NCBI GenBank assembly: GCA_020137815.1
Contig: CM035362.1
Location: forward strand, 3,534,001-3,598,000
Origin: Hormiphora californensis
Lineage: Eukaryota > Animalia > Ctenophora
Direction: 5' to 3'
Length of the DNA stretch: 64,000 bases
The position numbers were made by a program, and so were the translations under genes. Positions 1 through 11,169 of the stretch are shown in pieces. Numbering within the stretch: the stretch's first letter is position 1; every line of letters begins with the position of its first letter. The notes under the pieces were generated by a model. It was not told where the DNA came from. It saw only the letters and a program-made list of their open reading frames with translations, and searched no databases.

Positions 1-1
1 T

Positions 2-110
2 CAGGAACCGACCGAAACAAGTAAACAGCCAATCAGAACTCGTTATTTAGGTCACGTGACTGGTTATCAGCCAATCAGGGACCAGTATTTCCTGATTCGA
101 TCGGTTCCTG
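2..110 (+). mobile_element. 109-bp hAT-like MITE (family A)
   Basis: TIR CAGGAACCGACCGA..TCGATCGGTTCCTG, with an internal CCAAT-GTCACGTGAC-CCAAT core. Confidence 0.85.
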
Positions 111-239
111 GTGAAAATGATGTAATGGAGTCCATGTGTGTAAAGATCAGTGTAACAGTGTCTAAACAAACAACACTTTGTTTGTAGCGGCAGTACAGGT
201 TGTGGTAAATTGGTCGCGGTAGTTTGGTAAATGGTCAGT

Positions 240-400
240 AGTTAGTTGGTTTAGTAAATGGGTAGTACAGTTAGTAGTTGGTGTAGTAAATGGGTAGTAC
301 AGTTAGTAGTTGGTTTAGTAAATGGGTAGTACAGTTTTTAGTTGATTTAGTAAATAGGTAGTTCAGTTTTTATTTGATTTAGTAAATGAACAGCACAGTT
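240..400. repeat. Tandem repeat of about 32 bp (TAGTAAATGGGTAGTACAGTTAGTAGTTGGTT)
   Basis: 4-5 units visible. Confidence 0.8.
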
Positions 401-1314
401 TCTAAAATCCCGGTAGCAGTTAGTGATTCTCACAATACAACTGACTACACCATGAATCCGTCACCTAATATCCGTGTATCAGAAGTTTGTTTTTATTTCC
501 GTCTGTATACAAACTCTTTCTATCTAACACTGTATACATTCTTTCTCTCTATCTAATATCTATATATCTCTCCCTTTCTCATTCTCTCATTCTTTCCTTC
601 TCTCTCTCTCTCTCGCTCTCTTGCTATCTGTTTATTGCATTATCCAGCATGTTTTCACCCAATGGTACTTTGCCTTGTCCATGTCCTGCTGTCTGTCCTT
701 GCGAGTCATGTATTATGTAATCCAAAATACGAGCTGTTCTCATGTTGACAATACAGGATGTTAACCTCGATGTAAAAACCTTAGTTACCTTGCCTCTTTA
801 GATTTATCAGAAAAGACCATCCTAACTTAGTTTGCTAATTTGCTAACTTATAATGCTCACTTGAAAATTGTAATAATATGAAGTTACCAGAAAGTGAAAT
901 AAATCTCCAAATATTTCCCAGGAATATATGATTCATCATTGATCCCTCTAATGTTGCCCCCCAGTGGAACCCAACACTGCTAATACAACGAACATTGTTT
1001 GACCCACGAGGAATCTTACTACGAATCCCCTCTTCTCTATCTTTCTATCTCTCTATCTCTCTGGGAAGAAGAAGAGAGATTCATTTTATATTACACAATC
1101 GCTGTGTGTGAGCGAGATAACTGCTAGGCTCTCCCACATTTTCTGGCATTTTGGTTCGTGATTTAGCTCAACTTTGTGTTTTACTACTACTCTCAAAGGA
1201 TCAAAGTTTATCAGGAACACACTACTTGCCTTACTTGACACTGCCTCACCGTGCACCCCAGGTTTGAACAAAACTTCTACGTACTCCACATCTCAGATAT
1301 ATTAGTCTCACGGT

Positions 1315-1929
1315 ATGAGGCGCCTGAAATTCGTTCTTATCGGACACCCCCAGGTGGGCCGAACGACCCTCCTAGAAACCTACGTTAACGGAGCTCAGTT
1401 CATGAGATCTGACTCTGGAACTTTGGCCCGGGGTTCCTCCCGACCTCGTTCATTCATGATGACCTCCAGCTCGGCAGTGTCATTCAACATCAATGTAGTG
1501 GTGGATGGTACCCCTTTTTCTCTGAGATTATACGATCCTGAGATGGAGGATTTAGAGTCAGTTCTGGGTGATGAAATGCCCGATGCGGTTATAATTCTCT
1601 TTGATATTTCAAACTTGGAAAGTTTCCAAGTGGTCGAGGAACTTTATCGGAGAGTGAAACTCCATTCCCCGAAGATGAAGATTGTAGTAGCGGGAAATAA
1701 ACTTGATCTACGGATCCGGAATCCCCAACGGTTGCCCCTGGTTACGGTTCAAGAAGTCAAGGACATGGCATTGAGACTCCGAACCAGAGAGATGGTGGAA
1801 TGTTCAGGGATGACGTTACGGGGTGTTGACGATCTGTTTGACTCGACAGTTAGGTTTGCTGCACCCGCTATGAGTGAGCTGAAATTTAGGTTAAAGAGGA
1901 GATCGAGAGCGGATTGTTCGGTTATGTGA
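1315..1929 (+). CDS. Atypical Rho/Ras-superfamily small GTPase-like protein (single exon, prenylation signal)
   Basis: 204-aa ORF. KFVLIGHPQVGRTTLL is P-loop-like, followed by VDGTPFSLRLYD, G4 GNKLDLR, G5 VECSG, and GVDDLFDSTVR. It ends in a polybasic tail and CAAX box (CSVM). G2 and G3 are degenerate. Confidence 0.85.
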   Translation: MRRLKFVLIGHPQVGRTTLLETYVNGAQFMRSDSGTLARGSSRPRSFMMTSSSAVSFNINVVVDGTPFSLRLYDPEMEDLESVLGDEMPDAVIILFDISNLESFQVVEELYRRVKLHSPKMKIVVAGNKLDLRIRNPQRLPLVTVQEVKDMALRLRTREMVECSGMTLRGVDDLFDSTVRFAAPAMSELKFRLKRRSRADCSVM

Positions 1930-4256
1930 GAGGGGAGATCGAGAGCAGATTGTTTGTATATGAGTCGGACATGTGAGAGGGGGACTGGGGAGGTCGAGAG
2001 CGGATTGTTCGGTAATGTGAGAGGGGAGGAGGTCGAGAGCGGATTGTTCGGTTATGTGAGTGGGGAGATCGAGAGCGGATTGTTTGTTTTGTTTGTGTAT
2101 GAGTCGGACACAGGTTTACCGGAACCCCGATTTACCGGTGAACCCTTTCCCCCGAGCATCCCAGTAAATCGGGGTCCCTGAGGAATATCTTAAAATAATT
2201 TTAAATCCATTTCCCTGTGCAAGCAGTAAAAGTTTTTAGGTTTTTTTTGTGTCTTCCGGGATAAATTGATATATTATGTGAGAACACAATATGTTTATTG
2301 AAAACTAATGATTTGATATGTTTACGATTAATCATATCTCGTGTTTAAAACTAAAATATTAATAGTACTTCACCCGTTCTTAATTAAGGATCCAGCGGGC
2401 GAATGGCAGTCTAGCTTGGCAACCAGTTCTATTCTTTCACTCCCCCCCCCCCCCCCAGCTGTACTAATTTGACACAGACGGACTAAAAATTCACAAAAGA
2501 ACTAAAAGATAGGTATATTTTCCAGGGACGGTAGGTAAACAGTATCGTTGTTAGAGATCTCTAGATAACTTAAGAAAACACCCCTTCTCGCTCAACCCTT
2601 TCTCTCCAAACAAACCAACTCTCCAATGTGGACCTTTTCTATTCATTACCATCAAAAATACCTTTGCGAGTCCAATGTGGTACAATAAACAACTTTATAT
2701 ATGAGACACATAACACGATTATCTTGAGTAATGGCCGGACCTTAATTTCATATATGAAACAACTTGGTCTTTCCGTCAGCAAAAATATTATCTTAGCTCG
2801 AGATCTTGAGCAATTTTCTCTCGCAAGAGGGACTGAGTTTCCCCGAACTTTATACTAAACAAACTTCATACTGTTTATTTTGGATTTTTTCCCTCTCAAC
2901 CTCTCGGATTGAATTTGTTTGCACAAGAGGAAGATTTTCATAGATTCACTTCACATATAATATATTTCCGACCACTCATTATATTCTGGTCTTTTTGTCG
3001 TCTACTACCAATGACGGGTAAACTTTTCGCGAAAAATGTTTATTTTTGTGTTTTTTTAAAGTACAAAAACCATCGAAATCCTTGAACCTGTGTAACTCTT
3101 TCTTTTCTTTATTATTTCTATGCTTTGTTATGGTTGATGGCCATGGGCCTGAGAATTTGTCAAGCAACAACTCTGCATGTTTTGTTTATCTTAGGGGCCC
3201 AATATATCACATCTTTCCCCCAAGTTGATCTTATCAGGCCATTTCCAGCCTCGTGCGGATGAAGCGACTCTCTGGGCGACTCTTCTCTTCAGCGGACCTA
3301 TTTCACGTATCACACAACTGCATCTAGAGGTCTGACATCTACTTATATTTTTACAACTTTTATATAATCCTTTAAAGCAGATCACTTTTACTGCAACAGG
3401 AATATTGTTTCTCTAGGAATATTGTTTCTCTAGGAATATTGCTTCACTAAACATATTTGACATGCATAACATGGTTAATTTCTTTCATTCCATTCCATCT
3501 CCATGAGAATCTCTCTCACTTCATATATCCCTTCCCTCGCTCAGTCTCACCTTTTCCTCCTCTTGATCCATGGTGGTCCTTAGTTAGCGCCTCTCCAAGT
3601 CTCAAACTCTCAAACTCTCCAACTCTCCAACTATCCATCTCCCCATTAGACCTCCTTGCTATCTAACACGTCCTTCTCTTTTTCTTGCCAAGCATCCTCT
3701 TGTTTTTAGCGCCTCTCCATCATTGTTTTCTTTTCATCTCGGCTGCAGCTCTTGAGGGAGTTTTTAAAATTATATTTCTACTCTGGAGTCGCATATTTTT
3801 CGACTCTAATTCTGCAGTAGTTCTTCTCTTTTTTTGAATTTTATACCAGCTTGCATACTATAACTTCAGTACCTGCCATCTTCAGTACCTGCCATCTCTC
3901 AGCTTCTGCTAGGACCGACTCATCTTTTGTTCAAAAATGAATCTTTAAGTTGTTTCCTATCATCTTTTCACCACTGTTTTGTACACGAGGGAGAGGCGTA
4001 GCCAGTAGCCACTCTACCAAAGTTCCCCAATCCAATGCCTGAACCCTCTTCTTCTTCTTCTTCTTCGTCTTGGAGGCCGTCCCTACATGGGTTGAGATGA
4101 AGGGTTGGAACCATATAGTATGAACCCTCACTCTAACACACTACTTCTTCTTCTTGGAGGCCACTCTAACACACTACTTCTTCTTCTTGGAGGCCACTCT
4201 AACACACTACTTCTTCTTCTTGGAGGCCACTCTAACACTACACACTACAGCAGTAC

Positions 4257-7200
4257 ATGACAGAGATGGAGATCACTGATGGACTGGACGGAAAGAAGAA
4301 CCCCTTCCTGGACCTCGACCAGGACGGTGAGATCATGGCCATGTATATTTGGATTGATGGAACTGGCAAACAGCTCAGGTAAGTCAACAACCAATCAGAA
4401 CTCGTTATTTAGGTCACGTGACTGGTTATCAGCCAATCAGGGACCAGTATTTTCTGATTCGGTCGGTTGCTGTAAGGTATTCATCACAGTGCTAGCAAAA
4501 AATATACTAAAAACGACACACACGTGAACTGAGAATTGCCAACCAGTTATTAATATATATTCGTTCTTACGAACTTTGAGATAAAAGCCAGGATTTTGTT
4601 ACTAGATAGGAAGAGTATTTAGAAATTCTAAGCTCAAAAATTCGCAGTAATTAGGTGAATCTGTAAACTTCAATCACCCCCTCCCTATCAGGTCCAAGAC
4701 AAGGACCCTCCCCTATGTAAAAGACCCAAAACCTGAGGATCTTCCCGTGTGGGACACTGACGGCAGGAAGACGGATGTGACCATGGAACAAGATGAGGGG
4801 GAATACAGTGACATCTTCCTGAAACCCATTGCCATCTTCAAGTAAGAATTACATGTGTTAGAAACATGTAAGAAGAACATGTTAGAAACCACTCTTTCCT
4901 CAGCTTCCTTTCAAACTTTTAGTATCCCTTAAAATACTATTATATGAACCCAGAGATTCCGTCTAACAATAAAATATCTTAGCCCCCCTAGGGATCCCTT
5001 CGATTTGATATATTAATGTTACCCCCTTCCAGGGACCCTTCGATTTGATATACTATTGTTACCCCCTCCCAGGGACCCTTCGATTTGATATACTGTAAAA
5101 CTAGATATTTTCGAGGCCATTAATTTTCGCGATTCGATCAAAATTGACTATTTTCGCGATTTTAATTTTCGCTAATCCCACTGCTACCCCCATTTCACGG
5201 TCCTAGTCTATTGTCTAATTACGCCAAGAGTGCAGTCATCATTGCCATGAGACACCAGACCTGCTTGGCGTAGACCAATGAAATGTGAGCATTTTCTCAT
5301 TGCTGATTGGCTCTAAGAGATAGCCAATCAGGGATGAGACAGAAAAGGCTCACATCTCATTGGCTTACAACTCCTACTGAATCCCTTGCTACGTATAAGA
5401 GCAGTGGTCACATGACCATTATTAACACTACTCCCATCTACATAGGAAATAATTTGCACGAGCTTTCTGTAAAAAATCGTCCAAAATATTTTCGCGGAAT
5501 TAATTTTCGCGGATTTTCCAGCCAAAAATAAAGAGCGAAAATAAAAATCTCACGAAAATTACTAGTTTTACAGTACTAGCGCACCCATTGGGTGCGCCTC
5601 AAGTAAGGGCTTTTTGATAACCCACCCGGCTTCGCCGGGTGGTTTTTTTCGCCCCTTTCAACGTCTAAAACGGTTGCCATGGCAACTGAATTGGTAACTA
5701 TGGGGAATGGCCTGTTAAAAGTCATTCGAAATATTAAGAAACTTCCACTGGAAGTTACAAAGTGTGAATGACAGCTTATACAGCTTTGGTCATATGAAGT
5801 GTTTTATGAAGGAGCAGTCTGTCGCTTAGATACCGCCTAACGAACGACCATCACTTCGACGTTCATCTCCAAATTATAATAGAGATTATTGTTACCCCCT
5901 CCTAGGGACCCTTCGATTTGATATATTAATGTTACCCCCCTCCCAGGGACCCCTTCCGACGAGGTGACAACATCCTTGTCCTATGTGAGACCTACAACTG
6001 GGACTCCCCCGACCTGAGTAAACCCCACAAAACCAACAAGAGGGCCCTGTGTGCGGAGAACATGCTGAAGTGTGCCCATGAGAAACCCTGGTTTGGAATT
6101 GAGCAGGAATATACCATGTTCGATTATACCGGAAAACACCCCTATGGGTGGCCTAAGAATGGATACCCCGGACCCCAGGTAAAAACACCCCTATGGGTGG
6201 CCCAAGAATGGGTACCCGGGACCCCAGGTAATGGCCACATTACCCCCACCCCCACCCCACGAGTCCTGAACCATGTTCCCAGGACCCAGGGCTCCTAACA
6301 ATAATTGGGAACATGGTTTATGTTAACGATTATTCAAGCACTCGTTTGGTAATTCCGTTATTCCTCCAGCTCTAAACTCCACCTTCCCTTGCCTCCATCT
6401 CCCATAGTATTATAGGTTAAAACCCTTTAAGATGAATAACCAAAGAAGTAATCTATCTCTTCCAGGGACCGTACTACTGTGGAGTTGGAACAGATAAGGT
6501 AGCGGGAAGGAAGGTCGTGGAGGCCCACTACCGAGCGTGTCTGTATGCCTGGAGTTAAGATCTGTGGGTCCAATGCTGAGGTCATGCCGTCCCAGGTATA
6601 ACAATTGTTTGTGTGTCAGGAACCGACCGAATCAGGAAATACTGGTCCCTGATTGGCTGATAACCAGTCATGTGACCCTAACAGCGAGTTGTGATTGGTG
6701 GTTTACTTGTGTCGGTCGGTTCCTGGTTTGTGTGCACACAACTTGTTTGTTAAAGTAGTAATAACCTCATGTGCTGCTGCAGCAGTGTAGTCATCAACCA
6801 CAAAAACACAAGGATTTGCGCTATCCCAGATTATTAACTTGTCTCTCTCTCTCTTTAGTGGGAAGTATCAAGTTGGACCCTGTCTGGGAATTGACATGGG
6901 CGATCACCTGTGGATCTCCAGGTGGATCCTTAGCAGGGTGGCTGAAGAGTTTAACATTGTCATCAGCTTCGATCCCAAGCCCATCCCTGGTGATTGGAAT
7001 GGCGCTGGGTGTCATACTAACATCAGGTAGCAGTCCATAATTAACTATTTAATTAAATATCTAATTAAATATTTCATACATACCAACATCAGGTTAGCTC
7101 AATTTATTAACAGGTCATCAAGTTGCTAACAGTCTTCAAAACAGATCAGTTGGCTTATTATCACAGATTTGATATACAATCGGTCAAATGATATTATATA

Positions 7201-7928
7201 TAATGTTGTCTCAATCGAATGACATGTTTTCCTTGGTATCCTTTGAACTATTTCCAAGAGTTAAACACCCCCCCCCCCCCCCAGTACTGAGGCGATGCGA
7301 CAGGAGGGTGGTTATGATAAGATTGTAGCGGCCATCAAGCTGATGGGAGAGAAACCTCTGGAGCACATCATGGAGTACGATCCTACCGGAGGGGACGACA
7401 ACCGGAGGAGACTTACTGGACTTCACGAGACTGCTAGGTAAACAACCAATCAGAACTCGTTATTTAGGTCACGTGACTGGTTATCAGCCAATCAGGGGCC
7501 ATTATTTCCTGATAAAAGAATAAAGCCAGTCTCTAGCTAGCTGTTCAATATCTATATTTTAGTGATTTCAATAAAAGCTATAATGATGTCTTATTGCAGC
7601 ATTGACGAGTTTAGTTGGGGAGTCGCCCACCGAGGTTGTAGTATCAGGATCCCCAGATCGGTTGCTGACGAGAAAAAGGGTTACTTTGAGGTGAGAAAGA
7701 TCTGTCATTTTTTCTGAAAACTTTATTTTTTGAGTTATCTAAAGCTACTGAAAATCAGTCAACATATCCTCAACTGTAACAGGATCATTGCCGTGTGCGG
7801 CTACCCTTATTTTCTAGAAAAATTAATTATCCCCCCCCCCTTTTTTTCAGGATCGTCGCCCGAGCAGCAACGCCGATCCCTACTCCGTCACAAACCGAAT
7901 TGTTATGACCATCTGTTTGGGCCAATAA
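4257..7928 (+). CDS. GLUL: Glutamine synthetase type II (GLUL-like), 8 coding exons, two apparent +1 frameshifts
   Basis: Exons spliced by hand with GT-AG sites and consistent phases: 4257-4378 ([14 protein letters not shown]), 4692-4841 (SKTRTL..W.TDG), 5947-6178 ([33 protein letters not shown]), 6466-6595 ([25 protein letters not shown]), 6859-7026 ([25 protein letters not shown]), 7285-7437 ([12 protein letters not shown]), 7600-7690 (SIRIPR..GYFE), 7851-7928 ([11 protein letters not shown], stop). Extra bases occur at about 6549 and 6864. Confidence 0.93.
4381..4472 (+). mobile_element. MITE family A, left TIR missing, abutting the GS intron 1 donor
   Basis: Matches the family core starting 2 nt after the GT at 4379. 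Confidence 0.85.
5093..5573. mobile_element. Non-autonomous TIR element with TA target duplication
   Basis: TA|CTGTAAAACTAG ... CTAGTTTTACAG|TA, with subterminal TTTTCGC repeats. Confidence 0.75.
5576..5885 (-). mobile_element. Complete non-autonomous Helitron-like element
   Basis: The minus strand starts TCTCTATTATAAT and ends with hairpin GCGCACCC-AAT-GGGTGCGC overlapping a terminal CTAG. It is inserted between A and T with no TSD. Removing it and the adjacent TIR element restores the host repeat unit GATATA-TTATTGTTACC. Confidence 0.8.
6617..6725 (-). mobile_element. MITE family A (GS intron 4)
   Basis: Full TIRs; approximate TSD GTTTGTGT. Confidence 0.85.
7438..7513 (+). mobile_element. 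MITE family A internal fragment forming the 5' end of GS intron 6
   Basis: The intron begins GTAAACAACCAATCAG, which is the MITE internal sequence. Both TIRs are absent. Confidence 0.85.
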
Positions 7929-8160
7929 ACAAAGTGTCTTTAAAGTTTATATTTCAATGGAGGATGGACTACCGTATTATTATTATTATTGTTTTAAAAC
8001 AGAGGCCAATTCATGGATCTGATAAGAGAGATTCTTAAATTTTATAACTAACAAAAGTTTTAAGAAAGTTAACAACCCCGAGTTTAACTTGTTGTGTGAA
8101 AGATTCGATAAATTTAGTTACAGCAAAAAGATTTAGATCGCGGGAGCTATGAGTTTCAAG

Positions 8161-8269
8161 CAGGAACCGACCGAATCAGGAAATACTGGTCCCTGATTGG
8201 CTGATAACCAGTCACGTGACCTAAATAACAAGTCCTGATTGGCTGTTTACTTAATTCGGTCGGTTCCTG
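8161..8269 (-). mobile_element. MITE family A
   Basis: Full TIRs; perfect 8-bp TSD GTTTCAAG. Confidence 0.9.
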
Positions 8270-9798
8270 GTTTCAAGGTTATAATACTAGCTGCGGATAC
8301 TTCAGGAGCATTACAGGTCGACCACCAACTAGAGGCTCATCATCATCATACAAATATTTAATATTCCGCTTTGTAGTCTACTGCTAGAAGAGCACTTACA
8401 TATGCTAAATCACACACAGGCAAAACTAACGACTTTCTAAAGCGGTGAAGCCTACTTCGAATCGCTCGGTAACACATACAACTTGTGTATAGGCCCAGGC
8501 CATTCGAAGGAGGCTCCAATACTCACAATTCGAGAAACTAATTAGAATAATTAATGTCTTTTGTCAATTAAGTCCTTGTATATACATTTTTTATAACTAT
8601 TAGAGTCCAGATCTTCATGCATTAGATAATTAGTTAATAAGTTAGTAGTTAATAAGTTAGTTAAAAACACGCATACACACATACTTCACTTCACACTTAT
8701 GTCTTATTTCGCTACTTTATTCTAACCCTCCTTTATTCACCGTTGCAGGGCACGGAGTGAAACTAGACTCAATGGAGGTCCAAATCTGAAAATGTGTTCC
8801 AACGTGTGCATGCTGTGCACATATGGACTGTTAGCAATTCGCAGTCCTTTCCAACTTCTCCAGTATCCCGTCCAGACTGGGGCAACTAGAAAAAGTGACA
8901 AAACGCATCAGAAAAAATTTTTGACCTAAGATACAAGCATCAGGCCTCTCGTTGCAAGCTGGAGCGTGAGGGTGCATGTAAAATAGGACTGGAGAGTGGA
9001 CTTGCTAAAACAAGAATTATTGCATTATGTATTCATAATGCTGTGTTTCCCTGCCCTACCGTTTCACATGTCAGTGACATTGTCACTGCCAACAGGATCA
9101 AGGCTTGGTCATAATGTAATGTGAGATGCATACGATCTAGCTGTCAGTATACTTCTCACATAGCTTAGAGTTAGCTAACTCCCAATCACATGATACTTGC
9201 TAACCAGCTTTTGACATTCCAACTTAACTACTTATCTAACATCTCACACTCGACTCGCAAGATGAAAATGTGTATGTAACACGCGAAACGCGCGGCAGAG
9301 CATTTCATGTTTTGTTGAGTGGCGCGCGCACACACGTCCATGAAACTGTGCCAATGAGGTCTTTGATGAAGGAGTAGCTCGTCACTGTGCGCGCGGCTCT
9401 AGTTGCTACACCGTTGCCCTCGCAACGAAAGTGTGACCAAAAAATGTCCCTCTACCGATTAGTTAGTATACCAAAATGTCGTTTTCGAATTCTAACCCTG
9501 CTATGCCTTTTTACAAAGTAAAAAGGCATCCGGGTGAATGCCTTCGGCATTCACCCGGGCAGGGAAAAAATGAGATTTGGAAAAAAAGTTTAGAAATCTG
9601 AAAAGTTTGCTGAGCAATTTTTTTCAGATTTCTAAACCGCGCGGTAACATAAGCTGGGTTTCGCGCGCCAGGAGTTTGCAGCGCATATTGAAAAATTTCG
9701 CGCATTACGTGTCAATATTACAGTTACTGTTTGAGATGTAGGAATACTGACTGAGGGAGAGGGATCACATGGATAGGGATTACAGGGGTATGGAAACT

Positions 9799-10049
<251 letters not shown>

Positions 10050-11169
10050 TAACATAATATGAGGGTGAGACAGAGACAAAGATCAGACCACGTTGTATTT
10101 TGTTTGTGCAATTAAATTTGCACTGAATGTAAATATTAATAATCGTAGTGGACAAAACACTGCAATTTAACAATTTGATATAATAATAATCACTTGCACA
10201 CGCGGTCAATTGTTGGTCTATATAAATTATTATAACATATTCTCGTTACTATTTCTAAGACAGCATAGTTTGTAAGCAAATAGAGTGAACTAAAGCAAGG
10301 GTTCAGAAAGACAACGAGAAAATAAAAAATCGGATTCTAACTCTATAATATGGTGGGCGCCGCCAGATTCGTCGAAAAATGTGGTCAAATTTTAGGCATT
10401 ATTTTGATTTTGTAAAGCATTATAGGTACTGGAAAATCTAGTAATATCGTATCCGAACCGTCTCATGAAACGAGAACAAGTTGGACTTGAAAAACATAAT
10501 CAAAAAACAAAACACTTAAAATAATAACTTTGAACCCGAATTACCTACACGCTATAACAATGTGTAGATCTGTGCAGGTATATGTTCGCAAAAGGCAAGC
10601 TTCCCCTCGTCCGACCCGAAGTTGGAATCATATGGGTTTAGTTTGTCGAACCGGCAAGTTGCTAACATTTTCAAATCTTCACTACTTCTCAAATGATCCC
10701 ATACTTTCAGTCTAATCCCAAAATCCTATTAAAAATAGAGACAAAAATAACGGCACCAAACTGTGAAATGCCCTTGCATTAGTGCGAGTAGAATAAAATC
10801 AATTTTCTATCTAAAGGCCGAGTTTATAGCAAGAAAGGACTATTTTACAACGAATTCTCTGGTTAGTATGGTAACCAACTCCGTTGTCATGGTAAATCAA
10901 TCGAACTCTATCGAGTTCTATCGCCAGCAACTGGATGAAAATTTATCCATTTCATTATGCACAATGCACAGGCTTTGGTTACGAAGTTACCCCTTGCCAG
11001 CGTGTGCACGCGAAGGTCGCCCGGCGACAGAGTGTGAGGTGTCTTCGATACCAAGCACAGGCTTGTGTAACAAAAAGGGGCGTTTTTATAGCTTATTGTT
11101 CATCATAACCTGAAATAAATAATTTTCATTACTTTCACAAAGGCTCAAAGTTTGAATATCAAATTTGCC

